A stretch of DNA of 64,000 nt, taken from the NCBI GenBank assembly GCA_010084195.1, contig RGPS01000004.1, positions 12,000-75,999 of the forward strand, read 5' to 3'. The translations under genes were made by a program, and so were the position numbers. The notes below the pieces were generated by a model. The model searched no databases. It was not told the DNA's origin and saw only the letters and a list, made by a program, of their open reading frames with translations. Below, piece after piece: positions 46,299 through 53,614 of the stretch; position 1 is the first letter of the stretch; every line of letters starts with the position of its first letter. This DNA is from Terriglobia bacterium. Its GTDB lineage: Bacteria > Acidobacteriota > Terriglobia > Bryobacterales > Bryobacteraceae.

Positions 46299-47680
46299 GC
46301 CGCTTCTCCTTCCGGGGTAACCGGATGGGCCGGGGTAACCGGATGGGCCGGGGTAACCGGATGGGCTGGGGCAACCGGGCGGGACGCGGCTCCCCAGGGA
46401 AGTTGCTCCATCAGAATCTCCAGATCAAGCCAGAGCGAACTGGCGATTATGTAGTAGAGATCGTACTCAATCTCGCGTCGCGTGTCGCGGGCTTCGCCGG
46501 AGGCCAGGTGCACCTGAGCCCACCCGACCAGACCCGGCTTCACCGAAAAACGATGGGCGTAGAACGGCATACTGGCTGACAGGTGGCGTGCAAATTCACT
46601 TCGCACGGGCCGTGGCCCGACCAGGGCCATATCGCCCCGAACGACATTGATCAGCTGGGGCAGGTTTACCAGGTGTAAACGCTTCAGAACGTGCCCAAAC
46701 GCGGTTGTGTTTCCATCCGGGCCCGTTGTGCGAAAGCGCTGCAGGCGAAATGGAATGTACTGAAAACCGGCGCACTCGATGCACTCGATGCTCGGTCCCC
46801 GACCGGAGCTCAGGGCGCTCACCAGGGTGATTATCAGGAACGCCGGGGCCAGCAGCACCAGCAACAGAAGGCCAGTCAGATTGTTGTAAATCGCCTGGAT
46901 CGCCATGGTCCGGCTGTCACCCCGAAGCGCCGAGGACAGGACCAGGTGAACGGGCTGTAGTCTTTCACAACAGATCCGGGAGTAGAGTCTTTCGTAGAGT
47001 GACGACGTTTCAGTGATTCTCGTCCCCTGCAGGCGAAGTTTCAGCAGTTCCCCCGACGGCAGCAGTTTTGCCCATCCCGGAACACTGATCAGGATGTCCG
47101 TCGGCTGTTCCGTGGCGGCGATTTTTTGAAAATCAACCAGTTCACCCAGGTTCCGTACGCCCGGGGGTGGGGCCGCAACGCGCGGACCACAGGTTCCCAC
47201 CACCGGAATGTTGAGCAACGGCAACAGCTGCTTCGTCAGATCATCAAAGCCGATCAGCAGCAGCCTTCTCTCTTGTGGGGTGGCCCTTGCGTTGCGGAAC
47301 TCGCGAAAAAAGGTGACAGCAATTGCCGACAGGAGGCTTCCCCCCATCACCAGAAAAGGTGTTCGGCGCGCCAGCAGGCTATACGTAAACAAAGCGTGCG
47401 CGAGCAGGCTGAGGCCGGAGCCGAAGCAGAACTGTTCCAGAAGGACAGCCGGTACGTTTTGCCCCGAGTTTGGCAGGCCAGCGGTACTCTCGTCCTCAGG
47501 TGCGCTCTTTAGCTGCGAGGCAAGCCAAAACGCCAAGGTAGAGACCACACAACCCGCCAGGGTCTTGTCCAGAGGCAGGCCGTCATTGAAATATCGGAGA
47601 TAGGCACCGTAAACGGCAACGAAGGCGACCGCGATCAGAACCAGTTCCATCAGTCGCCGGGGGGCTGTCTCGCGGGGCAT
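46295..47680 (-). CDS. Bac_transf-family sugar transferase-like protein (second paralog) with repeat tail
   Basis: Contains LVNLPQLINVVRGDMALVGPRPVRSEF...SVKPGLVGWAQVH...EYDLYYI. The canonical DE dyad reads VN. The C-terminus ends in (PAHPVT)x3. Confidence 0.8.
   Translation of the reverse strand: MPRETAPRRLMELVLIAVAFVAVYGAYLRYFNDGLPLDKTLAGCVVSTLAFWLASQLKSAPEDESTAGLPNSGQNVPAVLLEQFCFGSGLSLLAHALFTYSLLARRTPFLVMGGSLLSAIAVTFFREFRNARATPQERRLLLIGFDDLTKQLLPLLNIPVVGTCGPRVAAPPPGVRNLGELVDFQKIAATEQPTDILISVPGWAKLLPSGELLKLRLQGTRITETSSLYERLYSRICCERLQPVHLVLSSALRGDSRTMAIQAIYNNLTGLLLLVLLAPAFLIITLVSALSSGRGPSIECIECAGFQYIPFRLQRFRTTGPDGNTTAFGHVLKRLHLVNLPQLINVVRGDMALVGPRPVRSEFARHLSASMPFYAHRFSVKPGLVGWAQVHLASGEARDTRREIEYDLYYIIASSLWLDLEILMEQLPWGAASRPVAPAHPVTPAHPVTPAHPVTPEGEAA
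46312..46383. repeat. 18-nt tandem repeat (ccggggtaaccggatggg x3 perfect, plus 1 degenerate copy)
   Basis: Read directly: three identical units at 46312-46365 and a diverged unit at 46366-46383. It encodes APAHPVTPAHPVTPAHPVTP at the 3' end of the 46295..47680 gene. Confidence 0.9.
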
Positions 47681-47688
47681 AGGTTTCT

Positions 47689-49086
47689 TTAGCGGCCTGT
47701 GGACTTTTCGGCTGCGCGCATTTCGCCGAAGGTCTGAAGCAGGATTCCCGCGAGTTCCGGAAGGTTGACGCCTGCGCCTTCGTGCCCGACCGACGCTTTC
47801 CCTCCGAGCTTGATGACACCCTTGCCCGGCAAGACCACTTCGAAATGCCAGGCGGGTTCCCCCAGCGAGATGTAATCCTCCCGCTTGCCGCTGTCGGAGG
47901 TAAAGACCAGCGAGAGAAGGCCCTCTTCTTTACAGGCCCGCGTTAGTAAATCCCACCATTGTCCCTCGCCCTGAGCACGGCTCAGCGCCTCGCGCAGTTG
48001 CCCCAGGCGGGCCTTTGCCGCTACCGCATTTCGGAATTCGCCCAGCAATAGAGTCTTCGTCGCCTCAAACTCAGGGTAACGCAACTGCCGCACTCCTATT
48101 CCGCAAGCTACACAAAAAGCGGTGAGGACCGCTGCATGATAGCCGCCCGCCATCGGTTGCCAGGTCAGCAGAAACGCGAAGCCCCCCCCGGCCAGAGCCA
48201 CCAGATAAAGTATTCCTGTCGCCTGCCGAACCGACAGGCCCCGATCCAGTAACCGGTGGTGCGTGTGGCCCCGGTCTGCTCCAAAAAGAGGGGCGTGTTT
48301 CAGGTAGCGCCGAATCACCGAAATGAGAACGTCACAAAGTGGTACGGCCATGGCAAGAAGGGGTGCCACGAGGCTGGCGACGGTCGGGCTCTCGACGGAC
48401 CAGATCAGCCCGAGACAGCCCAGCAGAAAACCGATGGTCAGGGCCCCGGAATCGCCCAGGAAGACGGTGGCCGGGTTCAGGTTGTAGACGAGAAAACCCA
48501 GTTGTGCCGCAGCCAGGGAAAAAGCAATGAAAGTCAGCGCCGGATTGGGCTGAATGATACCGGCAAGGCCGAGTGACAGAGCCGCGAAGAATCCCATCCC
48601 GGCGCACAGGCCATCCAGACCGTCAATCAGGTTCAGCGCGTTCGTAGTCAACAGCAGCCAGAACACGGTCAACCCCAGGCTCACCCATGCGGGCAATTCC
48701 AGGCTCCCCAGCCGCTCCAGGCGAATCCCGTTGGCGTAGATCAGGAGAGCCGCCCCGATTTGGCCCAACAGTTTCACTACCGGTCGCAGATTGAAGAAAT
48801 CGTCAATCAGCCCGGTTGCGAAGATAGCCACAGCCCCGGGAATCAGGGCCCAGATCGAGTTGGCCTGAACAGGCGTGGAAGTAGAGGCCAGGCCCAGCAT
48901 GGCGAGCAGGAAGCCGGCGGCAATTGGAATCCCGCCCACGCGGGGAATTGGATAGGCATGCACCTTCCGCCGACCTGGCCTGTCCACCACGTTGTAGGCC
49001 CGGAAAACGTCCCGCACGATCGGGGTGAGGACCAGCGCAATGACCAGGGCTTTCAGCGAAGCCAGGGTGACGGGGCTCACTGTCAC
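47689..49086 (-). CDS. MraY/WecA-family (GT4 family) polyprenyl-phosphate N-acetylhexosamine-1-phosphate transferase with extra C-terminal cytoplasmic domain
   Basis: Contains VDRPGRRKVHAYPIPRVGGI, GLIDDFFNL and NALNLIDGLDGL motifs across about 10 TM helices, followed by ~130 aa of soluble tail. Confidence 0.8.
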   Translation of the reverse strand: MTVSPVTLASLKALVIALVLTPIVRDVFRAYNVVDRPGRRKVHAYPIPRVGGIPIAAGFLLAMLGLASTSTPVQANSIWALIPGAVAIFATGLIDDFFNLRPVVKLLGQIGAALLIYANGIRLERLGSLELPAWVSLGLTVFWLLLTTNALNLIDGLDGLCAGMGFFAALSLGLAGIIQPNPALTFIAFSLAAAQLGFLVYNLNPATVFLGDSGALTIGFLLGCLGLIWSVESPTVASLVAPLLAMAVPLCDVLISVIRRYLKHAPLFGADRGHTHHRLLDRGLSVRQATGILYLVALAGGGFAFLLTWQPMAGGYHAAVLTAFCVACGIGVRQLRYPEFEATKTLLLGEFRNAVAAKARLGQLREALSRAQGEGQWWDLLTRACKEEGLLSLVFTSDSGKREDYISLGEPAWHFEVVLPGKGVIKLGGKASVGHEGAGVNLPELAGILLQTFGEMRAAEKSTGR

Positions 49087-49439
49087 TGGCCTGTCGGGGT
49101 ACCGGGCAGCGTGGCCGCGCCGCGGGGCGAAACCCAGGCGGCCTGAATGGCCGTCACCGCAGCCCGGTCCAGTTCATGTTCTGTCGTGATGGTGCGGAGG
49201 TCACCATCGCAGGACGAAATTTCGCCCAGGTAATATCGCTCCGGTGTGATCAGTTCCACCAGCGTACCAGCCGGAAATCGTCCTGTACCCGTTTCGAGAC
49301 GTATGGTAAACCGGTCTCCCTGCTGTTTCTCCAGCCGCGCTGTCACCCCCGGAGTCTGAACCCTTGCCTGAACCCCTGCGGGGCCTGACAGGTCTCGTAA
49401 TGAAATTAGCGGGTGTGTTTCCGGGGCCACTACCTCCAT
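49083..49439 (-). CDS. Hypothetical protein (118 aa), translationally coupled to the WecA-like gene
   Basis: ORF with a 4-nt overlap to the downstream gene. I recognise no family, so support comes from operon context only. Confidence 0.4.
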   Translation of the reverse strand: MEVVAPETHPLISLRDLSGPAGVQARVQTPGVTARLEKQQGDRFTIRLETGTGRFPAGTLVELITPERYYLGEISSCDGDLRTITTEHELDRAAVTAIQAAWVSPRGAATLPGTPTGQ

Positions 49440-49459
49440 CTTAGCGCCGGAGGGAATTC

Positions 49460-50326
49460 TTATTTACCGGCCGAGTGTAATGAGGGTTGATTTCCGGGGC
49501 CGAGTACTTGCCGATTCGACTCCAGCCGCAGGTCCCGCGCCACTTCTTCATACATTTGCTCTGTAACAACGGGGCTTTCCATGGCGTAGCTGGTCAGCAG
49601 GAGGTTGTCGCAAACAGAGTTAATCAGGCGAGGAATACCCTCCGTACCCCGATGGATTCTCGCCAGGATATGAGGCGGCAAAATATGCTGGTCGCGCAGG
49701 CCCGATTTGGCAAGACGGGTCCCCACGTACTCGGCTGTTTCCGACTCGGTAAAGGGTCGGAGCCTGCAGCGAAGCGCAATCCGCTGCCGCAACTGCCGGT
49801 ACTCATCCCGGTCCAGTTTTTCGTCGAGTTCCGGCTGGCCGGAGATGATGATCTGGAGTAGTTTCCCGCGCCGATTCTCCAGATTGCCCAACAGCCGTAT
49901 CTCTTCGAGGACTTCCCACTCCAGATTCTGGCCTTCATCCACAATCAGAACCGTAGTCTTGTTCTGATTTGCACGTTCCAGCAACATAGTGTTGAGGGCA
50001 ATCAGGACCTCGGTCTTCGAAGTTCTGGTGCAGGGAAGATCCAGATCATAGGCCATCATCTCGAAAAACTGATCGGCCGTGAGGCGTGAATTAAAGATAA
50101 AAGCGAACGGGATCTGGTGCGAGTCGAGATGGTCCCGGAGGCACTCCAGCATCATCGTCTTGCCTGTGCCGACTTCGCCAGTCAGGAGGATGAAGCCCTT
50201 GCGGCTCTGGACACCGTAAATGAGATTCGCAAGCGCTTCTTCATGGTGCGGGCTCCGGTAAAGAAATGCCGGATCTGGACTCAGGTTAAACGGATTGCTG
50301 ATGAGGCCGAAAAACGCCTTATACAT
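49460..50326 (-). CDS. ExeA/GspA-like AAA ATPase (PEP-CTERM locus ATPase type, TIGR03015-like)
   Basis: Starts MYKAFFGLISNPFNLSPDPAFLYRSPHHEEALANLIYGV..GFILLTGEVGTGKT (Walker A) and has VLIVDEGQNL (Walker B). I prefer ATG 50326 over the track start 50386. Confidence 0.8.
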   Translation of the reverse strand: MYKAFFGLISNPFNLSPDPAFLYRSPHHEEALANLIYGVQSRKGFILLTGEVGTGKTMMLECLRDHLDSHQIPFAFIFNSRLTADQFFEMMAYDLDLPCTRTSKTEVLIALNTMLLERANQNKTTVLIVDEGQNLEWEVLEEIRLLGNLENRRGKLLQIIISGQPELDEKLDRDEYRQLRQRIALRCRLRPFTESETAEYVGTRLAKSGLRDQHILPPHILARIHRGTEGIPRLINSVCDNLLLTSYAMESPVVTEQMYEEVARDLRLESNRQVLGPGNQPSLHSAGK

Positions 50327-50412
50327 GCTTGACGTTCTCAAGCGTAGCATGGCAGGATTCAACCCGGCACCCCAACTCGTTTCCAAAAGGGGTAGACTGG
50401 GAGAAGTTGTCT

Positions 50413-51432
50413 ATGCTTCGTCATCACGCTCGTTCCTTGCGGGTTGCCCTTTCGCTCGCAGCCCTAACCTTTGCGGCGCTCGCGCAGCAGCCGATCCGCG
50501 TCTCCGTCAACGAAGTCATTGTCCCGGTAACTGTTACCGACGACAAGGGCCGCTTTGTCTCCAATCTGGAGAAGAGTGATTTTCACCTGTACGATGAGGG
50601 CAAAGAGCAGAGTATTGGCTTTTTCAGCCACCAGCAGTCCCAGCCCATCGTCATCGGCTTCCTGATTGACCAGAGCAGTGGCATGAAGATCCACTGGGAA
50701 AAATATAAAGAAGCCGCCATGGAATTGATGCTTCACCTTCTTCCCGGCGACAAAAAGTACAGTGGCTACCTGATTACTTACTCGAACGAAGCGGAACTGG
50801 TGGTAGACACCAACAGCGATTCCGAAAAGATGGTCGACAAGATGCGCAAGCTGAAGCCTGGAGGGGGTGCCGCTTTGTTTGACGCCATCTACATGGCCTG
50901 CACCAGCCGCCGCACTGTGCAGGGCGAACCGTTCGAGCCTCGCCGCGTCATCGTCGTCATCGGGGACGGTCATGACACGTCCAGCAAGAAAAATCTGAAG
51001 GAAGTAATTGAGATTGCCCAGCGCAACCTCGTCACCGTGTATGCCATGAGTACGGTGGCTTTCGGTTTTCACACAGACTCGGAAGAAAACCTGACGCAGC
51101 TCACGCAGAGCACAGGCGGTAAGGTCGAGATGCCGCTGAACAACATCTACAAGGACATTTCCGGTTATCTTTCCACGCCTTCCGACTACGGAAACTACGC
51201 GATTGCGGTAGGTTCGGGGGGCTACACCGCTGAAATTTCCGGGTCGATTTTCCGGTCTATCGCGAATCTGGGCGGCGAGATTACCAGCCAGTATGTGATG
51301 CGCTACACCCCCGATGTTGCCGAGAAGACCGACAGCAAGCAGTTCCGGCGGGTGAAGGTGACGGTCAACAATCTGCCCAACGTGATTATTCGTCACCGCG
51401 AAGGGTATTACCCGTACGCACCTCCGCAATAG
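50413..51432 (+). CDS. Secreted VWA-domain protein (acidobacterial TIGR03436-like)
   Basis: Has a signal peptide (MLRHHARSLRVALSLAALTFAALAQQ), then VNEVIVPVTVTDDKGRFVSNLEKSDFHLYDEGKEQ and a VWA fold with a MIDAS-like IDQSSGM. Confidence 0.75.
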   Translation: MLRHHARSLRVALSLAALTFAALAQQPIRVSVNEVIVPVTVTDDKGRFVSNLEKSDFHLYDEGKEQSIGFFSHQQSQPIVIGFLIDQSSGMKIHWEKYKEAAMELMLHLLPGDKKYSGYLITYSNEAELVVDTNSDSEKMVDKMRKLKPGGGAALFDAIYMACTSRRTVQGEPFEPRRVIVVIGDGHDTSSKKNLKEVIEIAQRNLVTVYAMSTVAFGFHTDSEENLTQLTQSTGGKVEMPLNNIYKDISGYLSTPSDYGNYAIAVGSGGYTAEISGSIFRSIANLGGEITSQYVMRYTPDVAEKTDSKQFRRVKVTVNNLPNVIIRHREGYYPYAPPQ

Positions 51433-51517
51433 TTCCGATTTTTCACAGAGAGATTTCTTTCCTCTCCGTTCCCCGGTAGAATCGGAGTTCCTGACCAGTT
51501 CCCGATAGAGAAAAAAC

Positions 51518-52372
51518 GTGCCGTTTCGTACTTCCATGCCCGCTCCCGTGATCCCGATTGATGCCGGTAAAGCAGGCTTCCGACGGCCTGAAGCCGGAGC
51601 TGCCTGGTCCTTGCTCGAAATTGAGCGGCCGGGAGGGCGGTCGGAACCGCTTGGCATTCTCCTGCTGGACGATGTTTCCGGGGGAATAACTCTGCGGTTG
51701 CGAGCGGCGACGGACCTGCCGGATCTGGATGAGCAGGCGACGGATGTTGTGAGTTACCTGGCTGACGATCTGCTGCAAAAGGCAAGGGAATCCGGAGGGC
51801 ACGCCCTTCTTGCGTCCCTCGAAGCCTCGCTGTCCGGCTTCCTGCGCATCAGTGACCGGACCCCGATTCGCATTTTCGGGAGCCCGGAACGCACCGCTGA
51901 CAGACTCTACGACGATCACGTGGACGGCACGGTACGCCCCTTTATTACGCATATTCCGGTTTACGGTTTGCGCGCAGCCGCAACGAAGTTCGGGGACGGC
52001 ATGTCGGGTGAAGTGGAAAGCTGGCATCGCGCACCGTCGGGGCTGCGGTTGACGGAAGATCTGTTCGCCGCCTGGGTGGTGGGGCGTTCCATGGAACCCC
52101 TGATTCCGGACGGCAGTCTGTGCGTTTTCCGCGCCAATGTTCGGGGTACGCGTCAGGGCAAGAGGCTTCTCATTGAGAAATTTGATGAAACGGACTTTGC
52201 CGCCCGCTACACCGTAAAACGGTATACCAGCGTCAAGGTATCTGGAGCAGATGAAGACGAGTGGGCACACGAAACCATCCGCCTGGAGCCGCTCAACCCC
52301 GAGTTTGAGGCCTTCGATCTGGCCCCGGACGCTTTTCGGGTAGTCGCAGAATTTGTCGAGGTCCTGTTTTGA
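51518..52372 (+). CDS. S24 (LexA/UmuD-like) peptidase-domain protein with an unrecognised ~170-aa N-terminal domain (no HTH seen)
   Basis: The C-terminal part PFITHIPVYGLRAAATKFGDG...WVVGRSMEPLIPDGSLCVFR...GKRLLIEKF...YTVKRY matches the S24 Ser/Lys fold. The N-terminal part matches no family I know. Starts at GTG 51518, with an alternative ATG at 51536. Confidence 0.7.
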   Translation: MPFRTSMPAPVIPIDAGKAGFRRPEAGAAWSLLEIERPGGRSEPLGILLLDDVSGGITLRLRAATDLPDLDEQATDVVSYLADDLLQKARESGGHALLASLEASLSGFLRISDRTPIRIFGSPERTADRLYDDHVDGTVRPFITHIPVYGLRAAATKFGDGMSGEVESWHRAPSGLRLTEDLFAAWVVGRSMEPLIPDGSLCVFRANVRGTRQGKRLLIEKFDETDFAARYTVKRYTSVKVSGADEDEWAHETIRLEPLNPEFEAFDLAPDAFRVVAEFVEVLF

Positions 52373-52380
52373 TCTCCGGG

Positions 52381-52440
52381 CTTCGATGCAAGGGGCTTTG
52401 ATGCAAGGGGCTTTGATGCAAAGGGTTTTCATGCGAAGGA
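52381..52440. repeat. 15-nt tandem repeat x4 (cttYgatgcaagggg, decaying 3')
   Basis: The units are cttcgatgcaagggg, ctttgatgcaagggg, ctttgatgcaaaggg and ttttcatgcgaagga. The array starts 9 nt after the S24 gene stop. Confidence 0.85.
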
Positions 52441-52549
52441 AAGCGTCCTGACTTGCGAAGTTCTCTCCCACCGGGTATCATTTCGCCAGTCCCTCCTTCA
52501 GTGGTATCGCAAAAATGCCCGAGCTCTGCCCTGGCGCCAGTCGACTGAG

Positions 52550-53497
52550 ATGTACCCGGTCCTGGTTTCCGAGATCATGCTCCAGCAGACTCGGGTGGAA
52601 GCCGTAATTCCGTATTTTCAAGCCTTCCTTCGTCAGTTTCCCACCGCCGCCCTCCTGGCGGATGCCTCCGAAGAAGCTGTGTTGACAGCCTGGTCAGGCC
52701 TGGGCTACTACTCGAGGGCGAGAAATCTGCGGCGCGCGGCCGCGATACTGGCTGTCGCCACGCCCATAGACCACGACGAGATTCTCCGGCTTCCCGGCGT
52801 GGGGCCATATACCGCCGGCGCGCTTGCCAGTATTTGCCTCGGAGCTCCGCACGCGGCAGTTGATGGCAACGTGATGCGGGTGGTGAGTCGGCTCACCAAT
52901 GATCCGTCCGAAATCTCGGCGCCCGTTACAAAACGGCGCTTTTCCGCCACGGCGCAAGACCTTCTGGATCCCGCACATCCCGGCGATTTTAATCAGGCCA
53001 TGATGGAACTGGGCGCTACAATTTGCCTGCCAGCGAATCCCCGTTGTCTTGTCTGCCCTGTGCGCCGCTTCTGTGCAGCCGCGGACGCGGGAACTCAGGC
53101 GACCCTTCCCGTAAAGCTCGGCAAGCCACCGGCACGCAGGATTGACCTGGATCTCCTGGTTTGTTTTGTAGCCGGGACGGTCTTCCTGCAGCGTCGTTCT
53201 GGTGGAGAGAGTCGGCTCGCGAATTTCTGGGAATTACCGCAAGTGCCCGCAGGCGGGCTTCCGGGCAGTAAACTGCAGGGTGAATTTACCCACCAGATCG
53301 TCAATGATCGCTATCGGGTAAGAGTCTGGCTGCTGGACTCTGACAGCAGTGATGTGCTCACCCCCGACGGTCGCTGGTTTACCCTCCCGGAGCTGGCGCA
53401 GGTCCCTGTTACCACCGTCGCGAAAAAAGCTCTGCGCGCAAGCGTGAACGGGTCGAAAGATAGTCGTTCCGCGCCTGTTACGCAAGTAGTCCAGTAA
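52550..53497 (+). CDS. mutY: A/G-specific adenine DNA glycosylase MutY (coordinates are from the first ATG; the conserved N-terminus extends upstream to at least 52493)
   Basis: Contains SEIMLQQTRVEAVIPYF, GLGYYSRARNL and an HhH-GPD region, the 4Fe-4S loop C..C.VC.VRRFC, and a C-terminal NUDIX-like domain. Upstream and in frame, LLQWYRKNARALPWRQSTE matches the MutY N-terminal helix but has no ATG/GTG/TTG before it. Confidence 0.85.
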   Translation: MYPVLVSEIMLQQTRVEAVIPYFQAFLRQFPTAALLADASEEAVLTAWSGLGYYSRARNLRRAAAILAVATPIDHDEILRLPGVGPYTAGALASICLGAPHAAVDGNVMRVVSRLTNDPSEISAPVTKRRFSATAQDLLDPAHPGDFNQAMMELGATICLPANPRCLVCPVRRFCAAADAGTQATLPVKLGKPPARRIDLDLLVCFVAGTVFLQRRSGGESRLANFWELPQVPAGGLPGSKLQGEFTHQIVNDRYRVRVWLLDSDSSDVLTPDGRWFTLPELAQVPVTTVAKKALRASVNGSKDSRSAPVTQVVQ

Positions 53498-53614
53498 TCT
53501 TGCTAAGATCCGACTAATTGAGCGGAGATCGATTTCTTCCGGAATAGTGGTCCGAACCACAAACTGCTTCGCGGAGAAACTGCCTCAGATTGGTCAAGAG
53601 GGCGCAATAAATAT

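Noticed and set aside
52370-52372. TGA between the S24 gene and mutY as a selenocysteine codon.
   Set aside because: I could not identify a convincing SECIS-like stem-loop immediately downstream; the downstream sequence is the 15-nt tandem repeat. Neither protein family is known to use Sec. I kept it only as generic read-through, error or fusion alternatives in the finding.
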